A DNA stretch of 64,000 bases from Bacteroidota bacterium. Lineage in GTDB: Bacteria; Bacteroidota; Bacteroidia; NS11-12g; UBA9320. The notes beneath the pieces are model-generated. The model was not told the origin of the DNA. It searched no databases and saw only the letters and a list, made by a program, of their open reading frames with translations. The translations under genes were made by a program, and so were the position numbers. The DNA is taken from NCBI GenBank assembly GCA_002746305.1, contig NVWV01000005.1:205126-269125 (forward strand). The letters are read 5' to 3'. Shown one piece after another: positions 9,199 to 17,647 of the stretch; position 1 is the stretch's first letter; every line of letters starts with the position of its first letter.

Positions 9199-11151
9199 TT
9201 GTTTGCACCAAACATTGTGATTATCCGTAAAATCCTCACCATATCTATTTGTTTTTTACTTTTTGAAAGTAGAGCAGATATTAATTACGATAGTCTAATT
9301 CGAATTTCGGATTCTACTCATGTAAAGATGAAGTTGTATAGCGAATGGGTTAATTCAATCGCAGACTTAGATGCCGAACTCCAAGACCAAATAATCACAC
9401 AATTCATAATTGCTGCTGAACGTGAGGGAAGTGAATTTGATATTTACAATGCATATGCGTCAAAAGTATATCGGTATCGGTTGTTTGCTGAGTATGAAAA
9501 AAATCTTGTTTTAATTGAGCGAATAGAGGAAATGCCGTATTATCAAAAGCACATTGAAGCACAATTTTACATGCAAACCCAAAATGCTCTTACGCTTCAT
9601 AGAATGGGCAACTATGATGGAGCAATCGAATTATATACTCGTGTTCTAAAAAAGGTGAGAAATAGCAAGAAGGCCCAAAAGTGGAAGACCTTTAGATTAG
9701 GTAAAGTTTTAAGGATGATTGGTGAAGTATATGAAAGCCAGAAAAGGTATGATAAAGCTATAAACTATTTTAGAAAGTCTATTATATTAATGTCTCAAAT
9801 GGACTTTGACCCTGGGGTTTATAACAACTATAAAGAGCTTTCGTCGGTATATGCTAAGAAAGGGTGGTGTGATTCTGCATTGATATTTGCTAGGTTATCA
9901 GATAGCTTCTTTTACGCTAGAGGTAATTTGTTCTTTGCAGCTTCTTCAGAAAGAAATAAGGCAGCAGCGTATGGATGTCTTAATGATTTTGAGAATCAAT
10001 ATTTCAATTTAATATCAGCTCTTGATAAGGTGGAAAAAACGAAGTATAGAAGCCTTGAATTTTCTGTTTTACTAGATATAGCGATTTATTATTATGATCA
10101 AAAGCAATCTAGTAGTTCATTTAATTTTTTAGACTCGGCAGAAGCATTGTTAATTAGAGCTCCACAATCAGAGCGGTTACGTTTTTTTAATTTTTCGTAT
10201 CAAATTAATAAAGAAGAGCGGAGGTGGACTAAATCCTATGAAGCGAAGGCTAAGTATCAGGAGGTAAAAAATGAAATATATGATACGAGGACTTTAGCAA
10301 ATTTGGCCTTCTTGAGTATAAAATCAAATAACTTATTAGAAGACAAGGACTTAAGATTAATGCAAGATGCAAATCAACTAGAAATATTAAAAGTTGAAAA
10401 TTCTAAGTTTAATCAAAAAATACTCATAGTTAGCTTAATAGTTCTTGGTACATTAATAATAGCCTTGATTACTTTGTTTTTTATTATTAGAAATAACATA
10501 AAGAATAAAAAGGAGTACAATGAGCTTCTGGGTTTTACAAATGCAAAAACGTCTGAACTTCTGCAGCAGAAGGAGCAATTGCTAAGAGAGATACATCATC
10601 GAGTAAAGAACAATCTGCAGATAATAATTAGTGTCCTCAACCTGCACAAATCTGAGCAAACGGACAAAGCTAGGGTGTTGGAAAGTTGTAGGAGTCAGAT
10701 TCAAACGATGGCCTTAATTCATGAGGAAATATATAAATCTGAGGATTTAAAGAGCATTAGCTTTCATAAGTATATGAATGAAATGGTTAGATACTTTTTA
10801 AAGGCGAACTCAACAAACAAGGATTTGAAGATTAATCTTAAGCTGGATGAGTTCGAACTTGATTTGGATACTATAATTCCTACAGGGTTAATAGTCAATG
10901 AACTCTTTAGCCTCTTTATTAACGAGGATGGGCAATTTCAGAATATTGTATTGACAGCTAGGAAGAATGAGGATTTATACGTTTTTACAATTGAAGATTC
11001 AAATCCAAAGAAATTATCAAGTAAAGAAGATTTACGAGTAAGAATAGTAGAAAAGCTAGTAACAAAGCAACTCAGAGGTGATATCCATTTTGAGTACATC
11101 AATAGGATGATAAAAACTGTGAAGTTTAATTTTAGAATAACGTGCAAATGA
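9199..11151 (+). CDS. TPR-sensor HisKA_2-type histidine kinase with degenerate ATPase domain (start may be GTG 9217)
   Basis: TPR-like periplasmic region, one TM helix, EIHHRVKNNLQ H-box; N-box Asn and DxGxG box are missing. Confidence 0.75.
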   Translation: MFAPNIVIIRKILTISICFLLFESRADINYDSLIRISDSTHVKMKLYSEWVNSIADLDAELQDQIITQFIIAAEREGSEFDIYNAYASKVYRYRLFAEYEKNLVLIERIEEMPYYQKHIEAQFYMQTQNALTLHRMGNYDGAIELYTRVLKKVRNSKKAQKWKTFRLGKVLRMIGEVYESQKRYDKAINYFRKSIILMSQMDFDPGVYNNYKELSSVYAKKGWCDSALIFARLSDSFFYARGNLFFAASSERNKAAAYGCLNDFENQYFNLISALDKVEKTKYRSLEFSVLLDIAIYYYDQKQSSSSFNFLDSAEALLIRAPQSERLRFFNFSYQINKEERRWTKSYEAKAKYQEVKNEIYDTRTLANLAFLSIKSNNLLEDKDLRLMQDANQLEILKVENSKFNQKILIVSLIVLGTLIIALITLFFIIRNNIKNKKEYNELLGFTNAKTSELLQQKEQLLREIHHRVKNNLQIIISVLNLHKSEQTDKARVLESCRSQIQTMALIHEEIYKSEDLKSISFHKYMNEMVRYFLKANSTNKDLKINLKLDEFELDLDTIIPTGLIVNELFSLFINEDGQFQNIVLTARKNEDLYVFTIEDSNPKKLSSKEDLRVRIVEKLVTKQLRGDIHFEYINRMIKTVKFNFRITCK

Positions 11152-13085
11152 GATTTTTAGCAATCATTTTACTTTTTACCGTGTCAGTATGCTATGCTGA
11201 TGAGGCTGATAAGTTATATGATTTGGCTCAGTCTGAGGTGGAAACTGCCGCAAAGATTGAATTACTCAAAAAGGCTTATAGGATTAAGAAATATAGCAAT
11301 TTGCAAACTGCATTGTCATGGAACAAAGAAGCTCTTGTACTTGCTCGAGAAAATGGTGTAGACTCGTTATTGGGATATGTTTTAAATGATATGGGAATTA
11401 TTTATGGAGTACTAGGAGAAGTGGATAGTACCTTGAAGTACTACAAAGAGTCTAGAGATGTTCATTCGTCGTATGGATCAAATATCATGGTGGCTGTCTG
11501 TAATTCGAATATTGGCTTGGTCTATTCTGCTAAGGGACAGTTTTCTTTGGCAATAGAAAGTTACGACAAGGCTATTGCTACTTTTAGGAAGCATAATGGT
11601 CAGAAATATCTTTCTGGGGCCTATAGAAGTCTAGGTAATCTGTACAAGAAGTACAAGTTGTTTGATAAAGCACAAGAAAGTTTAAATAGCTCTTTGGCTC
11701 TTGCTATACAAATGAATCTCAAAAAGGAAACGGCATTGGCTCATTATTCTTTGGCATCATTATATGAACAGACAAATGATTGTACAAGAAGTTTAAGTGA
11801 AGGACTTGCGGCAAATGCTATTTTTAAGGAGTTAAATCAGCCCCGAAGCATTGCTCGATGTGATAGAAATATTGGCCATTCTTATGTGTGTGCTTTTGAT
11901 TATAATAAAGCGTTGAGATACTATAACAAGGCATTGGATTATTTTAAAAAAGGAAGAAAAAGGCCATATTATCATCTGCTAATTGCAATTGGAGAGGTTC
12001 ATTTTAAACAGGAAAATTATAAGCTTGCTCAAGACTTTATTCACCGTGGTCTAGAACCATTAGATTCTTCAGTTCTTAATAATTCCAATCAGCAGCTAGC
12101 CAATTATATATTGGGTGAGATAGCTTTAAAGTTGGGAGACTATGAAGATGCATTAAAATATCAAAGCACTTACAATGAATTGAGGCAGCGAGAAAATGAG
12201 AAAAGAATGCAGAATGCAATTTTGACTAAGTCTCAGATGCTAGAGAGAGAAGAACAATTGGAAAATCTGCAAATTCTCAAAAAGGAAAGAGAAATTAGAA
12301 TTGAAGAACTCGATAAGCTAGATGGGAAGAACAAGGCTCTTAAAAGAACTGGACTGGGAGTTTTCTTTCTGTTGGTTATCTTTAGTGCTGTCTTATGGAT
12401 AAATAAACAAGGTTCAATTCGAGCAGAACGGTACGGCAAAGAGTTATTAGTTGTTAGTGATGACCTGAAAAAGTCATTAGACGAGAAGGATTCTCTACTA
12501 CGCGAAATACATCATAGGGTAAAGAACAACCTTCAATTGATATCTAGTATCCTGAGTTTAGAACAAGGATTAGGAAAGACTAAAACAGTTAATCAAATCA
12601 TTGAAGATAGTAGTGCTAAGATAAAATCAATGGCCCTAATTCATGAGCTTTTTTACAGCAACAAGAATGAAGAGGAGGTAAATATTGCTGAATACACAAA
12701 CAAATTAGCAATGTTAATACTTGATTCTTATGGTGACACTCGTTCAATTAAGATTCATCAGGATTGTGATAATGTTTTCATCTCAATTGAGAGAGTTACG
12801 ACTCTTGGGCTGGTAATTAATGAATGTTTGTCAAATTCTATAAAATATGCTTTTACTAAAGAGGGAATCATAAATTTGATGATACGAGAAGAAAACGGGA
12901 ATGTAAAGATTGTGATATCTGATAATGGTAGAGGCTTACCAATAGATTTTGATCTTACTACCGTTAAGTCTTTGGGATTAAAATTAATTAGACGACTAAC
13001 AGAAAAACAGTTGCAAGGAAAATATACTATTGAAAATATGGAGTCTGGAGGTGTAAGGAACATAATAATATTTAGTAAAACATGA
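11142..13085 (+). CDS. TPR-sensor histidine kinase (HisKA_2 / HATPase)
   Basis: TPR repeats, TM helix, EIHHRVKNNLQ, NECLSNSIKYA (N box), DNGRG (G1), SLGL (G2). Confidence 0.9.
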   Translation: MQMRFLAIILLFTVSVCYADEADKLYDLAQSEVETAAKIELLKKAYRIKKYSNLQTALSWNKEALVLARENGVDSLLGYVLNDMGIIYGVLGEVDSTLKYYKESRDVHSSYGSNIMVAVCNSNIGLVYSAKGQFSLAIESYDKAIATFRKHNGQKYLSGAYRSLGNLYKKYKLFDKAQESLNSSLALAIQMNLKKETALAHYSLASLYEQTNDCTRSLSEGLAANAIFKELNQPRSIARCDRNIGHSYVCAFDYNKALRYYNKALDYFKKGRKRPYYHLLIAIGEVHFKQENYKLAQDFIHRGLEPLDSSVLNNSNQQLANYILGEIALKLGDYEDALKYQSTYNELRQRENEKRMQNAILTKSQMLEREEQLENLQILKKEREIRIEELDKLDGKNKALKRTGLGVFFLLVIFSAVLWINKQGSIRAERYGKELLVVSDDLKKSLDEKDSLLREIHHRVKNNLQLISSILSLEQGLGKTKTVNQIIEDSSAKIKSMALIHELFYSNKNEEEVNIAEYTNKLAMLILDSYGDTRSIKIHQDCDNVFISIERVTTLGLVINECLSNSIKYAFTKEGIINLMIREENGNVKIVISDNGRGLPIDFDLTTVKSLGLKLIRRLTEKQLQGKYTIENMESGGVRNIIIFSKT

Positions 13086-14032
13086 GAAAAATCCAAATAG
13101 TTGAGGATGAGGTCGCAATTGCAATGGATTTAGAAATGAATCTGGATATGTTGGGTTATGAGGTGAGCGGTCATGCAGTATCTTATGAAGAGGCATTGGA
13201 ATTGTATCGAACCAATAAACCGGATTTGGTATTGATGGATATTAATCTTTTTGGAGATAAAACTGGAATTGATGTAGCCAATTGGATTAAGGAAAATGGG
13301 AATACCCCAGTGGTGTTTTTAACTGCATTTAATGATGCTACTACTTTTAATAATGCCATAAATACGGAACCATATGGATACATAATAAAGCCATTTACAG
13401 CTGATGATTTAAGAATTCATATTGAAATAGCTCTAAAGAGATCAGAAAGTTTACTAGATGCTAGAGCATACTTTCAAGCAATTTTTGCAAATGCTACACA
13501 GGGTATTGTAATTTTTGCAAATGGGAAGAAGGTGTATTCAAATACTGTTTTTGACAAGTTTGAATTTAATTTTCAGGAATTGGCCGGATTAGATGTCGGA
13601 GTACGTGATATTACCATAGAGGGAAACAATCATCTAGTCGAGGTTCTTGAAGCTAGGTTAGATAAGGTTTATTCTATTGTAAGCTTTGGAAGGCATAATG
13701 ACTCTGAGTGGTCTGAAAACATCGAAGAGAAATTTCTGTTCGTGAAAGATAGGGGTGAGTATCACAGAATTGTATTTTCAGACATATTTTGGTTAGAAGC
13801 TTTGGATAATTACACGAATATTTATACGTGTACTAGTAAGTTCACCATACATGGTTATTTAAGCGACTTTGAATCTCGGTTAGATGATTCTTTTGTAAGA
13901 GTTCACAGGTCACACATATTGGCTGTTAACAGGGTTGATAGAATAGAAGGGCATACAGCAATATGTGGTGATTTACAAATTCCCATAAGCCGAACAAGGA
14001 AGGAGGTCTTAGTGGGGCTTTTAAAGAGTTAA
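13082..14032 (+). CDS. LytTR-family response regulator (REC - PAS-like insert - LytTR)
   Basis: IVEDE, LMDINL, FLTA, KPF receiver motifs; C-terminal FVRVHRSHI and IPISRT LytTR motifs. Confidence 0.9.
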   Translation: MRKIQIVEDEVAIAMDLEMNLDMLGYEVSGHAVSYEEALELYRTNKPDLVLMDINLFGDKTGIDVANWIKENGNTPVVFLTAFNDATTFNNAINTEPYGYIIKPFTADDLRIHIEIALKRSESLLDARAYFQAIFANATQGIVIFANGKKVYSNTVFDKFEFNFQELAGLDVGVRDITIEGNNHLVEVLEARLDKVYSIVSFGRHNDSEWSENIEEKFLFVKDRGEYHRIVFSDIFWLEALDNYTNIYTCTSKFTIHGYLSDFESRLDDSFVRVHRSHILAVNRVDRIEGHTAICGDLQIPISRTRKEVLVGLLKS

Positions 14033-14033
14033 A

Positions 14034-14441
14034 ATGGATTATAAAAGACTAAATAATGTGGTTCTTTTTGATGGTGTGTGTAATTTATGCAATCGGTCCG
14101 TGGACTTGCTTATTCGTAAGGAAAAGGGCAATGAACTGTTATTCGCGTCTTTACAATCAGAGGTAGGAAGAGTGTTAATAGAACAATCTGGTTTGAATGA
14201 TGTCCCAGATAGCATCTTGTTCTATAGTGATGGAGAATTATATGCCCGTTCGGAAGCGGTTATGAAGGCCGCTGTATTTTTAAGAAGACCCTATAAATGG
14301 ATTGGTATTTTCTCAATCGTACCAGTTCCAATACGTGACTACATCTATAATTTAATAGCAAGAAATAGGTACAGCTGGTTTGGTAAGAAAGAGACGTGTC
14401 GTGTGCCAACTGAGGCTGAAAGAAAGAAAATATTAGGCTAG
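14034..14441 (+). CDS. DCC1-like thiol-disulfide oxidoreductase (DUF393)
   Basis: FDGVCNLCN (DxxCxxC) and ARNRYSWFGKKETC. Confidence 0.9.
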   Translation: MDYKRLNNVVLFDGVCNLCNRSVDLLIRKEKGNELLFASLQSEVGRVLIEQSGLNDVPDSILFYSDGELYARSEAVMKAAVFLRRPYKWIGIFSIVPVPIRDYIYNLIARNRYSWFGKKETCRVPTEAERKKILG

Positions 14442-15464
14442 CTTATTAGCTAATTGACCACAAGCCGCGTCGATGTCTTTGCCTCTACTTTTACGTATAT
14501 TTACAATAACTCTGTTCTTTTCAAGATAGTCGGCAAACCGTTGTATTTTTTCTGCTGAACTGGATATGAATTCAGCTAAGTCAATTGGGTTATATTCTAT
14601 GAGATTTACTTTGCATTTTATCCTACGGCAAAAGGCTACTAATTCTTCGGCTTCGAATGGATTATCGTTTATATCATTTATTACACAGTATTCTAATGTC
14701 ACTCGTGTTCCCGTCTTTTCATAAAAGTAATTAAGTGCTTCTACCAAATCATCTAGCGAATTACTATCAGTAATAGGCATAATCTTACTTCTTTGTTCAT
14801 TGTTTGCAGAGTGCAATGAGAGAGCAAGGTTAAATCGTACCCCATCATCACCCAGTTTTTTGATCATTTTAGCAATCCCTGCTGTTGAAAGAGTAATTCT
14901 TTGTGGAGACATGGCTAATCCATCGGGAGCTGTAATTCGTTCAATTCCATTCAGCACATTGCTATAATTTAACAAAGGCTCACCCATTCCCATTAAGACA
15001 ATGTTACTAAGGTTTATACCATACTCTTTGGCTGCTTCTTCTCGAAGTATTGATACCTGATCGTATATTTCATCTGACCGTAGGTTTCTTTCTCTTTTGA
15101 GAAAACCAGTAGCACAAAAAGTGCAACTAAGACTACACCCAACTTGTGAAGAGATACAGGCGGTGACTCTGTCGCTAGTTGGAATCAGAACACCTTCTAC
15201 TAGAAATCCATCATCCAATCTAAAAGCGTATTTAATGGTACCATCAGAGCTCTTTTGAGAATTTGCAATGGTCATTGTAGGAAAGGAAAATTCAGAGGCT
15301 AGTGTGGCTCTAAAATCCTTTGAGAGGTTTGTCATATCATCAAAAGATCGAGCACCTTTTTGCCATAACCACTCCCAAAGCTGGTTAGCTCTGAACTTTT
15401 GTTGACCCAGTGCTTCGCATAAGGTTATCAGCTCATTTTTACTAAAAGACCGGATATTTTTCAC
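14433..15464 (-). CDS. rlmN: Dual-specificity RNA methyltransferase RlmN (radical SAM)
   Basis: CISSQVGCSLSCTFC, MGMGEPL, DIDAACGQL. Confidence 0.95.
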   Translation of the reverse strand: MKNIRSFSKNELITLCEALGQQKFRANQLWEWLWQKGARSFDDMTNLSKDFRATLASEFSFPTMTIANSQKSSDGTIKYAFRLDDGFLVEGVLIPTSDRVTACISSQVGCSLSCTFCATGFLKRERNLRSDEIYDQVSILREEAAKEYGINLSNIVLMGMGEPLLNYSNVLNGIERITAPDGLAMSPQRITLSTAGIAKMIKKLGDDGVRFNLALSLHSANNEQRSKIMPITDSNSLDDLVEALNYFYEKTGTRVTLEYCVINDINDNPFEAEELVAFCRRIKCKVNLIEYNPIDLAEFISSSAEKIQRFADYLEKNRVIVNIRKSRGKDIDAACGQLANKLA

Positions 15465-15494
15465 AAATACAAAGGTAGGTCCTAATTATTTGGC

Positions 15495-15533
15495 AAAAAA
15501 AAGCCTCTCCCGATAATTATCAGGAGAGGCTTT
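15495..15533 (-). terminator. Intrinsic terminator of the Omp28-like gene
   Basis: AAAGCCTCTCC-N12-GGAGAGGCTTT with an A8 run on the + strand (U-tract on minus). Confidence 0.8.
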
Positions 15534-15557
15534 AATATTTTATTAGGTTACTAGAAA

Positions 15558-16391
15558 TTACTCTACCAAGTTACCTAAAGATGCGTTAACAAATTCGTAC
15601 TTAGTACCAACTTTGTTATACATTACTACACCAATGGTAAGGTGACTTTCGTCCCAGTCAGAGTCAATATCTAAAGTAGCTTCACCTGAAACAGTTGAAC
15701 CTACATTAAGACCATCAATAGAAGAACCGTATCCTTTACCACCAGTAGCTTCTGCTCTTAATACAAATTTGTGAAGAGCACCATTACCTTCAGAATGACC
15801 GGATTGGTATCCTTTAACTTTATTCTCTAGAACATATATAGCCAAGTATGGAGCATCTACAGCAGAATATGCTTGAGATAAATACTTCATGTTGATTTTA
15901 CCATCCACTATTTCGTAGTTAAGAGTAGTATTAGCTACAACATCTGCAGCTTTATGATCATTAACTCTTTGATAAATTTCATCCTTTTCTGCTGTAGTAT
16001 TTACACCAGAACCACGATCAATACTAGTTACACTACCATTAGCCCCAAAGTGAGGGTATCCCGTAGCACCCCAAGCATTTTGAAGTGTAGTTGCTTCAGA
16101 AATGATGTAGTTTTCGGCAACGAAATTCTGTCCATAAGCAGTCATAGCAACGGCTTCACCTTCAACAGCATCAACTAGTTCTGCCATCATAGCCCATCCC
16201 CAAGTTCCACAAGGAGGACAATTAGTACCACTATATTTTACTACGAGTGATTTGTTTTCTTTAGTTACAGCAGTAACCGCAAGTTTGTCTGTAGATCCAC
16301 CTCCATTATCTGGATCTGTAGTTGTGTCATCTGGTCCGCAACCAAATAGAAACATTGAAGCTACTAAGCTAAGTACAAAGATTTTTTTCAT
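15558..16391 (-). CDS. Omp28-related outer-membrane lipoprotein (thioredoxin-like CxxC)
   Basis: Likely start MKKIFV at 16391; lipobox LFGC; GTNCPPC; GYPHF; HKFVLR. Confidence 0.75.
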   Translation of the reverse strand: MKKIFVLSLVASMFLFGCGPDDTTTDPDNGGGSTDKLAVTAVTKENKSLVVKYSGTNCPPCGTWGWAMMAELVDAVEGEAVAMTAYGQNFVAENYIISEATTLQNAWGATGYPHFGANGSVTSIDRGSGVNTTAEKDEIYQRVNDHKAADVVANTTLNYEIVDGKINMKYLSQAYSAVDAPYLAIYVLENKVKGYQSGHSEGNGALHKFVLRAEATGGKGYGSSIDGLNVGSTVSGEATLDIDSDWDESHLTIGVVMYNKVGTKYEFVNASLGNLVE

Positions 16392-16474
16392 TTTATTGTT
16401 AATTTTAAATATTTTTAGGAATCCAAAGATACTCAATTTTATCTATTGGATTTAAAATCATGAAATTATGACAA

Positions 16475-17629
16475 TTAGTAGTCAATATTACCTATACTAA
16501 GTTTTTTGGTAGTGCTTGCTTCGCACCTTCCTATGACCTTAGCATCAATATTGAATTGGGAAGCAATATCAATAAGTAAATCTGCCGAATTTCTATTACA
16601 GTAGATTTCTAAACGGTGTCCCATGTTAAAGACTTCGTACATTTCTTTCCACGATGTTTCCGTTGTTTCTTGGATGGTCTTGAACAATGGAGGAGTTTCT
16701 AGTAATGAGTCTTTGATAATGTGCAATGGCTTGTCTAAAAATTTCATTACCTTGGTTTGAGCACCTCCTGTGCAATGAATTATTCCGTGAATAGAGTCAA
16801 GCAGCTCTTTATTTCCTACAATCTTATTAAGTATTGGAGCGTAAGTACGTGTAGGGGATAAAAGTGCCTTTCCTATATCTAAGGGTGTCCCAACTAATTT
16901 ATCGGTGAGTTTAAATTTACCAGAGTAAATATATTCTTCATCTGTATTGATGTCATAGGTTTCGCTATACTTAGAGTGATAAATATGTGAAAGTAAATCA
17001 TGACGTCCAGAAGTGAGTCCATTAGAACCTATTCCTGAGTTGTATTCTGACTCATAGGTTGCTTGTCCGTATGAAGCGAAGCCTACAATAACATCATCCT
17101 CTTGAATATCCACTTCTTTAATCTCAGCTCTGGTTGGTCTACAAGCAACTGTACTGTCTACTATGAGTGTTTTTACCAAGTCTCCTACATCCGCAGTTTC
17201 ACCTCCAGTAAACTTAATTTTAACACCATAAGATGACATAGTATGAATGCATTCTTCAAAACCATCAATAATCTCCTTTATTACAGCACCTGGAATTAAG
17301 TGTTTATTTCTACCTATTGTATTCGAAAGTAGAAATGGACCAGTGGCACCAGTACATATAATGTCGTCAAGATTCATTACTAGGGCATCCTGAGCTATAC
17401 CTCTCCATACAGAAATATCTCCTGTTTCTTTCCAATAAAGGTATGCAAGCGAAGATTTAGTGCCTGCACCATCTGCATGAACAATGTTACAATAAGCATC
17501 ATCGCCAGCTATGTAATCTTCAACTACTTTACAAAAGGCATTCGGAAAAATTCCTTTGTCTATATTAGATATTGCTTTATGAACGTCCTCTTTTTGTGAC
17601 GAAACCCCTCTTTTCTCGTATCTACTCAA
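16475..17629 (-). CDS. purM: Phosphoribosylformylglycinamidine cyclo-ligase (AIR synthase, Bacteroidota type)
   Basis: RGVSSQKEDVH, HADGAGTKS, GGETADVGD, SNGLT, VFNMGHR. Confidence 0.9.
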   Translation of the reverse strand: MSRYEKRGVSSQKEDVHKAISNIDKGIFPNAFCKVVEDYIAGDDAYCNIVHADGAGTKSSLAYLYWKETGDISVWRGIAQDALVMNLDDIICTGATGPFLLSNTIGRNKHLIPGAVIKEIIDGFEECIHTMSSYGVKIKFTGGETADVGDLVKTLIVDSTVACRPTRAEIKEVDIQEDDVIVGFASYGQATYESEYNSGIGSNGLTSGRHDLLSHIYHSKYSETYDINTDEEYIYSGKFKLTDKLVGTPLDIGKALLSPTRTYAPILNKIVGNKELLDSIHGIIHCTGGAQTKVMKFLDKPLHIIKDSLLETPPLFKTIQETTETSWKEMYEVFNMGHRLEIYCNRNSADLLIDIASQFNIDAKVIGRCEASTTKKLSIGNIDY

Positions 17630-17647
17630 ACCTGATAATATTGTATT

